Assembly (NCBI RefSeq): GCF_000787575.1
Contig: NW_012236531.1
Span: 281,054-345,053 of the forward strand
Reading direction: 5' to 3'
DNA: 64,000 nt
Origin: Acytostelium subglobosum
Lineage: Eukaryota
Positions within the stretch are counted from its first letter, which is position 1, and every line of letters starts with the position of its first letter. A model generated the notes under the pieces. The model saw nothing but the letters and a program-made list of their open reading frames with translations. It was not told where the DNA came from and ran no database searches. Shown here piece after piece: positions 24,496-37,600 of the stretch. The position numbers and the translations under genes were made by a program.

Positions 24496-24530
24496 TGGTT
24501 AGGGTAGGGTAGGGTAGAGTAGGGTAAGGG
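24496..24530 (+). repeat. short interstitial telomere-like (TAGGG)n tract, 6 units with 2 variants
   Basis: tagggtagggtagggtagagtagggtaaggg read directly, about 50 bp downstream of the copy-5 stop codon. Confidence 0.4.
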
Positions 24531-24807
24531 CACATTGTTGGTGGTCTGTCCAAGTGTTCCCCTGAATGATTGGAGCAAGGTACTTGGCATCGACTATGTT
24601 CACCCGAAGGATAGACAGTGCTCGAGGCATCTGCTGGTGCGTTGCCAATGAGCTTAAAGTTGGCACATTTCCATGTTTTTTGAACTTCTTTTTGATCACT
24701 TTTCAACTTTTTCGCTTCAATCAGCCGAATCCTCCTTTTCATTCATTCTCGAGAGATAGTAGACATAAACAAATACACATCACATACTAAACATATATAT
24801 ATATACA

Positions 24808-25161
24808 ATGCAAAAAAGCTTCTTGGCATCACTCATTCAAAGTACTCCAAAGTACATCAATCCAATTGTTGGATCTAGAAACAGCAGCAATATTGGAGCT
24901 TGGTCAGCATCGTCGATATTTGGCAGTGCACCAACAGCTTATGATGCCCTGCCGCCATCATCTTCAAACACTCCAATCATCGAAGAGGACTGCGAGATGG
25001 AGTTGACTGCCGTGCCCAAGAAGCGCGTCTCCTACACTCGCAACAGAAAGAGAAACAGCGCCAAGAAGCACGAGAACATCCATCATCACACAGTCTGTCC
25101 CAAGTGCCAATCACTCAAGCTTAGACATCACCTCTGTATAAACTGTCTCAGGAAGCTGTAA
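24808..25161 (+). CDS. mitochondrial ribosomal protein bL32 (L32 family) with an N-terminal presequence
   Basis: C-terminal ...TAVPKKRVSYTRNRKRNSAKKHENIHHHTVCPKCQSLKLRHHLCINCLRKL matches the bL32 signature (AVPKKKxSxSRRxxRRSH....CPxCGxxKLxHxxCxxCG). The S/A-rich N-terminus is presequence-like. Confidence 0.65.
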   Translation: MQKSFLASLIQSTPKYINPIVGSRNSSNIGAWSASSIFGSAPTAYDALPPSSSNTPIIEEDCEMELTAVPKKRVSYTRNRKRNSAKKHENIHHHTVCPKCQSLKLRHHLCINCLRKL

Positions 25162-25682
25162 ATCAATCAATCATTCAATCAATCAATCAACTCAACAACA
25201 TATATATATATATATCCATTCAACAACAAGGACATCGAGCGAGCTGCGACACTCGCTCCCCTCAACAGATGATGACATGACGACAACGAGCCAGACAGAC
25301 ACAATGCTTTGGTAGCGCAACCGAGGCAAAAGGAATGCTCTTGGCTCATGACTAGCGATGAACGAGATTAAGTACACCACAGTAACAGAACGCTTGCGAT
25401 CGGTCACCTCAATCAAACAATAAACGAAGCGATCATTGGCGAGACACCTAAACATACATACTGGGAAAGAATGAATGATTGAGTGAATGAATGAGTAGAG
25501 TGGAGTGTCCATCTACAAATGTATATGGACATGTAGTTTAGTTTAAAGTTATGTTAAGAAGAAGACGGTAAAGGAGGAGATGAATCTGTTGTTGGGGAGT
25601 TGGTAGTAGTAGGTCGCAGCGTGGCGTGTTTGTGTTGCTGCTGCTGGATAGCGATTGGATGCGCATGTAACATGTTTGATAT

Positions 25683-26899
<1,217 letters not shown>

Positions 26900-27470
26900 C
26901 TTTATCGCTCCTTATAATATATTAAATGTATGTATGTATGTAATTGTTATGAGTTTCTTGATCGATCACGTTATTGTCTCTGTTGTCTCTAAATATTATA
27001 TATATATTGAATGAGTTTGATTGATGAAGTTGATTGAATTACTAAATATATATATATTTATAAATATATGTTATTATTAATAATTAAGTTATTATATTAT
27101 ACAATGTTTGTTGACTCTGTATGTCTAATCTATCTATCTCTATAATGTGTATAACAACAACAACAACTACTACAACAACAAACAAAGAGTGAAGTGATTG
27201 AGTTGTGTTTGATGATGTTGAATGAAGTGTGAACAACGCGAATGCAATAATTATGTTTGGTGGTGTGTGTTGCTGTTGCGTGTGTTGGAGAGAGAGTGTT
27301 TGAGAGCTTGAACAAACAACAAACAGATGAGATGCAGTGGGTGGATTGAGCAACTAACCCAAAAACAGGGTTTGCCATGCATTCGATTCGATCAATTCTT
27401 CACATGTGCCTTTAATAAATGTTTACTTCTTTTCTTATTACAATTGACATCCATCCAAGAATGATTGTCT

Positions 27471-29998
27471 CTAATACTGACTCTCAAACATCTTATCAAT
27501 CTTACGATTGATATCATCGTTCGATTCGAATGGAGCAAAGTTCTTCTCCAAATGTGTCTTGTCTTGTCTACATCTATTCATTCATAGTTTGTTTGTAATT
27601 AGTCAATATATGTTTGATTGAATGGATTGATTAATTGACAACTTACTTCTCTTTAAATCTTTCATATGTCTTTGTTACACTATCCTTGGCAATGTTTGAT
27701 AACTTTGTTCTTAGTTCATGGTCAGGTATCTCAAACTTCATCTTACTAATCTCTGTCATTGTCTTGAGGAAGTTCTGGAAAGTATGATAATGGATGATGC
27801 ATTAGTCTCCATCCAGTGCTCCATGTCCATCCAGTTCAACAACTTACAGTATGTCTCTTTACAATAGCCTTGGTCTCAACATCTTTGCCTGGACGTAATG
27901 GCTCTGATAGGGCCATCCAGAACTCTCGATAGATCTTGATCTCGTTGTCACATGCTGTCTCCATCTCTTTGAGTAGGTATGATTGAGCATCGAGTATGGA
28001 CTGCGCACCAAGCGACTCGACTATATACTGATAGTTGTTGATCAAGAATATGATGCCACGGAATGGAACCTTGTTGTTCAACTCAATGGTCGACGAGATC
28101 ACTGTAAAGTCCTTCTTGCTCTTGGTCTGCAGGTAGGTGCTGAGTGTGCGCAGCGTCTTCTCGGTGAAGTCCTTGAACGACGACTTGCTGCGCGTCAAAA
28201 GGAACTCCACCGAGCCCTTGTACTCGATAAGTCGCTTGAAGTAGTTGAGCATGTTGGACGTGACCTGGTCCACTGTTGTCGACTGATCCAGCTTCTCCTC
28301 CTTACGGAACTCCTCCTCCAGCGAGAAGTCCAGCAGTGCCGAGCACGTGTTCTCCAGGTTCTTGATGATCTCTTTGATATCTGAGATGTGCTTGCCGTCG
28401 CGCTGCGACAGGGCGCCGGCAAACTCGGGCAGCAGCTTGGTGAATGTGTCAAAGAGGTCGAGCAGCGGGAAGATTCCAAACACCTTGTCGACCGTCTTCT
28501 TGGCCTTGATGATGGGCTCGGTCGTGTCGAGCAGCAGCTCATGCGACGGATGCACGATCTCCTCGAGGAACGAGTGGTACTGGTCCCCAAACAGTTCCTT
28601 GGCCAGGTCCGACTCGATCTGGTAGAGTCGCAGCGTCTCGTGTGTGTAGCCAATGAGGGGATGCGAACCCTTGACGTAGGCCAGGTTCTTGGACTCGGTC
28701 GTCACCTTGATGAACTTCTCTGGCGCCAGCTTGTTGAGCGACATTAGAATGAACTTTGATCGCTTGTCCTTGTACTCCTTCTGGTAGTTGTGATACTTGA
28801 GTCGCTGGAACAGCTCGATCGACTTTGATATCTCCTCGACCGAGTTGGGTGGGACGATGGCCAGGTAGCGCTTGGCCGCGGGCAGCGCGGGGATGGTGGT
28901 GGGATCGACAATGTTACTGATCTTGAGCAGCAGTGACTTGAAGTTGTTCTCGAGCTCGGATAGACCCGTCGACTTGAGCTCCTTCAGTGTGGACAGCGTC
29001 TTCTCTGCCGCCTTAAACTGAGGGTTGGCTTCAAAGAAGTCGATCGACTGGACCACGTGGTCGAGCGTGGCCATGTACGATGCGTAGTCGCCCTTTGCAC
29101 CCTCCCTGATCTTCTGGGCCACCTTTGACAGATCAAAGCGCTCGAGTATAGTGCGCATCGACTCCATTGTCAGGTTGATATTGTTGTACACTGTTGACCA
29201 CTCCTTCATCGATGCGTTGATGGGCGCCACGTCCTGCTCCAATGTCGTCAGTCCCTCATTGAATCGATCCAATATGAACACCATCTGATTGGACAATGAT
29301 GTAGTCTTTGCCAAGGTCTCCTTCAAGAATGCCAAGTCGCGCTTATCATCTTCGAGTTGCTGCTCCTCCACTTGTTGCGCGGCGTCATTCTTCCAGGACA
29401 GCACGACCAGACTGCCTCCCTTGAGCTGGCCAAGACTCTGATGCGTGGTCACCGAGTACTCTGAGTTGAGCAATGCCTTGATCTGTTCAAACTCCTCGTC
29501 GTCCTCTTCAGTGGGTGTTGAATAGAAGAGCTCCTCGTCGACGTAGTCTTGGTAGGACAGCACGTTGGAGCCCCATCGCGGACCAGCCGCGGCCGTGCCT
29601 CCACTACCTCCTCGCGATGCCTTGCGCGAATGTCCAGAGACACGTGATAGTTGTGCATTCTTTGGTATCAAGTAGTTTGTAAGGTTGCCACTGGAGAGTC
29701 GTGAGTGTGAGGGTGTTGACGGTGCAGACTGTGGTGCAGACTTGTTGTAGCCGCCACCGCCATATGACGACGATGAAGTCGAATGAATGTTTAGAGTTGG
29801 TGTTGTAGCGCCTGATGTCGATGGCGTGTTATATTGTTGTGGTGGTGTGAGTGAGCTTGTTGATGTCCTGTGACTGATCGGAGGTGATGATGACGATGGC
29901 TTTGTAATGCCACCTGATGTCTTTAATGTTGGCAAAGGTCCACCTGGTTTCCTATCGAGCAATGATGCTCTCGCACTAAGACGAGGTGGAGCTGACAT
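27471..29998 (-). CDS. exocyst complex component Exo70-like, 3 exons, about 791 aa
   Basis: Main exon 27848..29998. The Exo70 hallmark ...VPFRGIIFLINNYQYIVESL... (compare IFLLNNYNYI) is present, along with an S/T/G-rich N-terminus and helical rod composition. Donor ACT|GTAAGT is at 27842-27847. Exon 2 spans ~27647..27774 (NFLKTMTEISKMKFEIPDHELRTKLSNIAKDSVTKTYERFKE) and exon 3 ~27471..27567 (..QDKTHLEKNFAPFESNDDINRKIDKMFESQY*). Confidence 0.65.
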
Positions 29999-30563
29999 CT
30001 CTATCTCTATCTTATCTTATCTATACTATAATATTATTATCTTGTTATATATACATGTAATTAATGAACAACTTGAAGTGAAGTGATTGAAGTGTTTGTT
30101 TGATTGAGCATTGAAAGTGCACTATCCCATAAATTAAGTTTTTTTCAAATCATTTGGACCTGGGAAAGTCACCTATCAATCTTATAATCCCAAGACATGT
30201 TGAATGATCAGGACTGTATCATTGCTAAGAGGATATTAATATCTCGACTGTAAGTATTTGATTGAATTGACAAAGTTGGAAACAAAGTCGAATGTGTTAT
30301 GAATTGATGATCCAGTCCCATAACTGATTGATTGTAGAGATAATAGTTCAATTATATGTATCTTTATAATCTATATTTAACAAGGTCTCATCACAGCAAT
30401 CAAACAAACATTAGCAGAAGTTTCAAACCCGAGACCTGTCCAACAACAACCTAACTTTAATACTTTTGTTGATTTCCCATCAATCAAATTGATAATCCTG
30501 GAAATTGAAGAAATAATTAATGTATCTCGGCGATACTATATATTTATTATTATTATTTTTATT

Positions 30564-31691
30564 TTAGACCCATAGTGCAATGACAGCTAACAATGCCCAA
30601 CCAATGAAGGTTAGGAATAGTTTGGTCTTCATCCAACCTGGCTGGCCAAGTCCTGATGGCATCAGTTCGATAAGTGAGATATAGAGGAATGAGCCTGTTG
30701 TGACTGATAGGATGATGCCTTCTGAAAGGTATGCCTGGGTACCCTGATATAAACTTGCAATTGCCATTCCAATTCCAATGCCCAACGGTGTCATTGCTGC
30801 ACAGAAAGATAGTGCCAATGCAGTTTGTAGTCTTGAGAACTTGGCGTAGAACACTGGTACACCCAACGCAAAGCCATCCAATGCCTTGTGGGCCAGTACT
30901 GCCACCATTAGTCCATAAAAGTTACTTGGATCGGTCTCGGCACCTAGTCCCAGTCCATCAAAAATCGAGTGGACTGAAAGCGCCAGCATGAATATCCAAG
31001 CCTGAGACACGTTGGCGGCATGTGTCTTTCCATTATCCACTTTTTGACCATGGCCAACTCCATCTCCTCCAGCCCCAACTCCTGCTCCATTGTTGTCCAT
31101 GATGACGTGAATTGTCTGTGCGCCATCGTCCACGACTGATATTGAAGTAGGAACCAATACAATGCCACCGCCACCCTCGGTGTATCCGGGCGTCGACGTG
31201 CTCAGTGACTGATCGATCAGGACTGTGCTCTCGGTGAGGTGATGCGAGACATCCATGTGATTGTGGCCAGTGTGGCCGCCACCCACAACGCCACCTTCAA
31301 TCACCAGCTTGTCCAGTGCGACCAACATGAACATCACAAAGATGGCGATTGTTTCGGCGTAGGGGAAGTCGGCATACTGGTTGTCCGGGTCGGCCGCAGC
31401 AAAGTATTGTTCAAAGTTCTCGCTGGCATCCGGCAACAAATGATTGAATGCACCAGCCAAGATGATACCGGCGGCAAAACAAGTCATGAAGGTGAGGATT
31501 GTCACCAGACCACGTACCTTTGACCTTCCAAGTATGAATGGTACATACGACGCCAACAAAGTCATACCAATTATAACGAATATCAACATTATCTTTGTCT
31601 TTATAAATGTATGTTGACCATCATCTCCTCCACTACTGTCTCCAACATTATTATTACTAATATTATTATTATTATTATATAATATATCCAT
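30564..31691 (-). CDS. ZIP (SLC39/ZupT-like) zinc/iron transporter, single exon, 375 aa
   Basis: Multi-TM protein with a His-rich loop (GGGHTGHNHMDVSHH) and ZIP signature helices HSIFDGLGLGAETD and LAVLAHKALDGFALGVPVF. Confidence 0.85.
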   Translation of the reverse strand: MDILYNNNNNISNNNVGDSSGGDDGQHTFIKTKIMLIFVIIGMTLLASYVPFILGRSKVRGLVTILTFMTCFAAGIILAGAFNHLLPDASENFEQYFAAADPDNQYADFPYAETIAIFVMFMLVALDKLVIEGGVVGGGHTGHNHMDVSHHLTESTVLIDQSLSTSTPGYTEGGGGIVLVPTSISVVDDGAQTIHVIMDNNGAGVGAGGDGVGHGQKVDNGKTHAANVSQAWIFMLALSVHSIFDGLGLGAETDPSNFYGLMVAVLAHKALDGFALGVPVFYAKFSRLQTALALSFCAAMTPLGIGIGMAIASLYQGTQAYLSEGIILSVTTGSFLYISLIELMPSGLGQPGWMKTKLFLTFIGWALLAVIALWV

Positions 31692-32571
31692 TATTATTAT
31701 TATTTTATGTATTTATGTATCTGTATCGATCTGGACAAGTGTCGTAATAAACCAAGTCCAACAAGTGACACGCGAAGATGTTTGAATGAGTGAAGTGAAT
31801 GAACTGATTGAGTGAGTGAAGTGAGTGAATGAGTGGCATGTGATGTTTGAATGATTGTTGGACAAGCAGATAGATATTGATTTTGTTGGATAGAATGATC
31901 AATGGAAGATAAGTAATGTTACAGTGCAGGAGTGTCATACTACCGCCACTCCGGTAGCCACTTCACACAGGCATTGGACTCTCCTTCGTCGTTTGTTTGA
32001 TTGGCGTGTCTGGTCCACACACCAAAGTTTCAAAAAACTTGTCTAATTCCCTCCAACTGACATTTCTCGCGCAAAATTAACAGTTAGTATTTGATCAAGA
32101 CTGACAATGACAACTTTCATGATGATGTTAAGGTTTTAAGTATAACAAGTTATATAGTACATGTACTATATATATATATACATATGAATATTAGATATAT
32201 TAAATGTTGAGTCGAAATGAGGGATAACTAACCTTTGTCTTTGAGTTGGAACCTGCTGTGTTCCAAACAATTCGTTGGGGATTCTTCATTGAATAATTGA
32301 AAAAAAACAAAAAAGTGGCAATGTTGACAACTTCCCAGGCTGACGATTTCAATCATTTAACAACCAACCTATCTCTCTCAACACAAATACATAAAATATA
32401 TATATATATTTAACAATTGTACAATACTCACACATATATATATACATACACAAACACATACTCAATCACAATCAATCAATCAATCAATAATTCATTCATT
32501 CAATCTATCAATCAATCATCAGTTTCGAGTCGAGATACACAGATATAGTCAAGTCACATAAGATATATAGA

Positions 32572-33042
32572 ATGAAGTTACAATTTAAGAATATGTCATA
32601 CAAGACATTGTTCATGGTCGGTCTGTTGGTGATCGTTTTGGACAGCCAATTGGTATCAGCACAGGAGGACTCTAGCCAGGCATCAATAGACAACCCAGCC
32701 AAGCAGTATTGTTTGGGCAACACATTCGATGATTGTACAACGGCGGGCGCTTGTTGTGTCTGGTGCACAAATGTCACAATCACAAACACGACAGGCAGTG
32801 TCAACGTGTCGACGGGCGTCTGTGTCTACAACGAGAAGATCAACTTTGATGGAGTGTGTCCGGGCACCGTGTCCACACTGTTTGCTCCGACCTCATCAGA
32901 AAAGGCTGTCTGTCCCGTTGGCTTCAGATCAAATGCTGCCTGCACCTGCTCCTACCCCCTCTTCTCCAATGATAGCAGTCCATCAGTATTCAAGCCATCA
33001 TTCCTACTATCATTCATACTTGTAATACTGTCTATATTGTAA
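32572..33042 (+). CDS. small secreted Cys-rich, N-glycosylation-rich protein with a C-terminal hydrophobic segment (GPI-anchor-like); a short 3' intron is possible
   Basis: N-terminal signal peptide MKLQFKNMSYKTLFMVGLLVIVLDSQLVSA, 12 Cys residues, and multiple NxT sites. The C-terminal FLLSFILVILSIL is followed by gtaagttg. Confidence 0.45.
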   Translation: MKLQFKNMSYKTLFMVGLLVIVLDSQLVSAQEDSSQASIDNPAKQYCLGNTFDDCTTAGACCVWCTNVTITNTTGSVNVSTGVCVYNEKINFDGVCPGTVSTLFAPTSSEKAVCPVGFRSNAACTCSYPLFSNDSSPSVFKPSFLLSFILVILSIL

Positions 33043-33308
33043 GTTGTTCGCGTCCAGCTCAAGACGAAGACGACAAGACTAACTCTTTATGTTTGCTTGC
33101 TTGCAGTATCTTTCGAACGAAACAACAGGTATAGTTAAGCCAGGACAGACGATCATATGATCAATCAATCAATCAATCAAACTGTCTTGGCCCTCAACAA
33201 CTGCCAATGAATCAACTAAATATACATACATACACACAAGTAGTAACAACAACTCTTAGTACAATAAACATGTTCGAATGATACATGTATTCAATAGTAT
33301 ATTATGGA

Positions 33309-34187
33309 TTACTTGTCCTTCTTCTCTGGCTTTGGCTGCTGTGACAGAGGCCTCTTCTTTCGTCCAAAGATGGGCGCGAGGAATTCTGTCTCGCCACCCC
33401 ATCGCCAACGATTCAGCTGGCGCGTGATAATGTACAGAGAGACGCTTAGACAGCTGGACGAGAAGATAAAGATGATCTTGGAGTGCAGCGGGATCATCTC
33501 AAAGAATGGGTACACCCAGTGGCCTTGAACATAGCGCGACACCACCAGGATCGACAGGTAGGTCAGGTTGAACGAGACGACTTGCCCCACGTCCTGGTAG
33601 ACGTTGGCCGTCGTCGGCAGGCCCGCCACAACAGGCTTGAGTTGTCGATGGTACTGATGATTGACAAACAGCATCTCGATCACCATGACGACTGCAGGCA
33701 TCGTGTGTTGTATATGGTTGAGCACTGGTGGGTAGGAGGTTGGCGCGTCGACCATTAGCAATGCCGGGTCAATATTATAGAGTATCCAGAACATCAATGT
33801 AATGAACATTCCAATGGGGAAGGCAATCGATCTATATACAAGGTCACGACACTTTAGGAATGCATAATACAATCCAGGTTCACTCTGACCAATCGATGTA
33901 ATATCCATCAAGTCTACAATAGTAGCCATGAAGAAGAATACAAAGTGAATGAGCTATTATTTAATTGATTGATTGATTGATTAATTGAGTATTAGTTATA
34001 ATGTTGATGATGTTGAAGATTGATGATTGATGATGATATATACCTGTCCCCAAACAGTCAAGAAGGTGACTAAGGCGAATGGATTATGACCAATATCAAG
34101 AAAGTGTTGATAGATCCAGAGTATGCCATAAGATACAAGACCAAAGGTGCCAGCATGAAAGCAAAGCAGAGGTAGTTTGGTATCCAT
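33309..34187 (-). CDS. FAR-17a/AIG1 (androgen-induced gene 1)/ADTRP-family multi-pass membrane protein, 2 exons, about 262 aa
   Basis: Exon 1 at 34044..34187 (MDTKLPLLCFHAGTFGLVSYGILWIYQHFLDIGHNPFALVTFLTVWGQ, then GTATAT donor). Exon 2 at 33309..33953 (LIHFVFFFMATIVDL...). Motif comparisons with human AIG1: AFPIGMFITLMFWILY / AFPVGVFVVAVFWIIY; PPVLNHIQHTMPAVVMVIEM / [41 protein letters not shown] / [20 protein letters not shown]. Confidence 0.8.
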
Positions 34188-34600
34188 TCTTATATATATC
34201 TCTTCAACAACAATTAATGAAGTGACACAAGTGAGTGAATCATGTTGAAGTTGTCAACCCAACACATTGATTGAGAACCAACCCTAACACATAAACAACC
34301 CTCAACCCTCGATTGTTCAATCAAACTCACACACTTTGAACCAAACAATTAAAAAAAAACAAAATAAATGAACAAGAAGACGAGTGTCGGTCTTCGTCTA
34401 TTTGTTTCATGCATTCATCATTCTCGAAACATTGTGTACTTTCTTACTCGAGTATATACATATATACATATATATATATATATTATTATTGATTGAAATA
34501 TATATAATATAGGTTGTGTATGATCGATCACACACAATAGCCACTCACTTGAACGTTCATTCTTTCAATCATATCAATCAATCAATCATAATATATAATA

Positions 34601-37600
34601 ATGAACTCATTGGCAATCAAGAATGAGGTGTCTACCACTTCATTTGCCTTCTACTCTGCCGATGAGATTAGAAAGATCTCTCAAAAGCAGATCACAGAGC
34701 CAGAGACCTTTGACATCCTAAGCAACCCTCAACCAGGAGGTTGTTACGACAAGTCACTCGGTACAGTCGAGAACAGAGAGAGGTATGTTGTGTACATGTT
34801 ACACATGTTAATGTCATCACATCACTTATTGACCATTACCATCATAGATGTATTGTCTGTAACATGTCACATATGGATTGTCCGGGACATTATGGACATA
34901 TCGAGTTACCAATCCCAGCTTACAACCCTGTGATGTTTAAGATCCTTCACAAGTTGGCACAAAGCACATGTTTCAACTGTCATCACTTCAAGCATGGCAA
35001 GTCACTCGTATGTATACAATCATACTTCATACTAAATCATTCGCGAGCACAACACTGACACGCATGCCCCATCGCGCAACAACAGGTCGACTCATACATT
35101 CAAGAACTTTCACTACTCTATAGAGGAGAGATTGTAAAGGCAAAGCATGTGCGTGAAGCACATTTGATTAAGCGTGGCGCTACAGTTAGGAGAGCTACGA
35201 GTAGTAAGGAGGCAGAGGATATTACTACAAAGAGGGACGATGATAGCAGCGACGAGGAGAGTGATGATGAGGACGCTGATAGGATGAAGGACGACGAGGA
35301 TCTCGGATCGATCGACATCCAGTACTCCAAGTTCCTGGCCAAGGGCGGCAAGGTCACCCACTTTGAGTCGGTGCGCCGTGAGATCCTGCGTGACTTTATG
35401 AGCTCGGGCAGCAGCTCGCACAGACCCTGCGCCAACTGCACGGCCTACTCGCCCGCAATCAGAAACTCAGACGCAGCCAAGTCCAAGCTGTTCATCATGC
35501 CACTCAACGCCAAGCAGAAGACCCAGAACATCTCTGTGAATGCGCGCTACAACTTCTCATCGGTCGACGAGCAGGCCGAGCACGGCACATACTTCCCACA
35601 GTGGGAGCTGCAGGCCAACATGGTCAAGCTATTCAAGAATGAGCGCGAGCTGCTCAATTTGCTGTTTGGCACGGTGCGTCCCATCGCTGCCAAGGATGGC
35701 AAGCGCGTCGAGTTTGTCAAGGAGGTCAGCGTCGAGCAGTTCTTCTTCATCGTCGTACCCGTCATCCCCAACAAGTACCGTCCAGTCAACTTTGTCAACG
35801 GCATTGCGTCCGAGCACGGTATGAACGTGCACTACAAGGGCATCCTGCGTGCCAGCAAGCAGATCCGCAAGTACATCGAGTCGACCGCCGAGGCCGACAG
35901 CGCCAAGAACCTGGTGACACACGTCAGCGACCTGCAGATGAACATCAACAACATCTACGATAACTCGCGCACCAGTCTCACGTCGGGCGCTTCCGTGCCA
36001 CCCGGCATCAAGCAGGTGCTCGAGAAGAAGGAGGGTCTGTTCCGTAAGAACATGATGGGCAAGCGTGTCAACTACGCCGCACGTACCGTCATTTCGCCAG
36101 ACATCTCTCTCGAGTCCAACGAGATGGGTATCCCTCAGATCTTTGCCATGAAGCTCACATTCCCTCAGCCAGTCACCGCACTCAACTACACCGAGATGGC
36201 CGCCGCTGTCATCAACGGTCCCAACGCCTACCCCGGCGCCAACTTCATCGAGGACGAGCTGGGCAACATGCTCAGCCTTGAGCGCGAGACGCCAGAGAAG
36301 CGTGTCGCCCTGTCAAAGACACTGCTCACAATCCGTCCCCAAGCCCCACCAGGCGCCGTCAAGAAGGTGTACCGCCATCTGGTCTCGGGAGACTTTGTGC
36401 TGGCTAACCGTCAGCCCACACTTCACAAGCCCGGTATCAGTGGCCATCGCGCCAAGGTGCTGGGCGCCGTCGAGAAGACACTGCGTATGCATTACTGCAA
36501 CTGTTCGACCTACAACGCCGATTTTGATGGTGATGAGATGAACATCCATTTCCCGCAGTCGTTCCTGGCGCAGTCAGAGGTGCGTGAGATCGCCGCCAAC
36601 AACTTCCAATACCTGGGTCCACGTGCTGGTGTTCCCCTTCGTGGTCTGATTCAGGATCACATTCTTACTGGAGTGCTGCTGACCAAGCGAGACACCCTGT
36701 TCACACGTGCCGACTTCCAAAAGGTGCTGTACGCAAGTTGCTGGGCTGTCAACACCTCCCATCCCATCAAGACACCACCACCCTGCATCATCAAGCCCGT
36801 GCCATTGTGGTCGGGCAAGCAGCTTATCAGCGCGGCCATGGACCATCTGACCATCGGCTACCTGCCACTCAACTTCACGGGCGCATCCAAGATTCCCGCC
36901 AAGCTCTGGGGTAAGCACGGATCCGATCTGATGCGCGATGCCACCGTCATCATCAAGGACAACGAGATGTTGGTCGGTATTCTCGATAAGAACCACTTTG
37001 GTGCCACAGGCAACGGTCTGGTTCACACATGCTACGAGTTCTACAGTCCAAACATTGCTGGCCAGCTTCTCACTGTGCTGGGCCGTATGTTCACCAACTA
37101 CCTGTCGACACGTGGCTTCACATGTGGTGTGGACGACCTGCTCATCAACGCCAAGGAGAACAAGTTCCGCACAGAGACATTGAACAAGGCCAACTCCGAG
37201 GGTCTCGAAGTGGCCGCTCGTTTTGCTGAGCAAGCCAAGTACGACAAGAAGGACAACGCAGCATTCATGGCCAACGCACTCAAGGAGGAGCGTGAGGTGG
37301 CTCGTCTCGACTCGATGCTCAAGAAGGCACTCAACTCGCACACATCAAAGATCATCGATACACTGCTGCCAGGCGGCCAGCTCAAGGCCTTCCCCGACAA
37401 CAACTTCTCGCTGATGACCAACTCGGGAGCCAAGGGTTCCGTGGTCAACTTCTCGCAGGTGTCCTGTCTTCTGGGTCAGCAGGAGCTCGAGGGCAAGCGT
37501 GTTCCTCGCATGGTGTCTGGAAAGACACTTCCATCATTCGAGCCTTATGATGCATCAGCACGTGCTGGTGGCTTCATTATGGACCGTTTCTTGACAGGTG

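Noticed and set aside
28195-28653. Ser/Arg/Thr-rich 152-aa minus ORF and the 27983..28747 plus ORFs
   Set aside because: These are alternative frames of the Exo70-like gene, which is GC-rich at the third codon position.
35547-37448. Multiple minus and plus ORFs inside 35149..39639
   Set aside because: They are alternative frames or antisense of the RNA polymerase I A190 exon.
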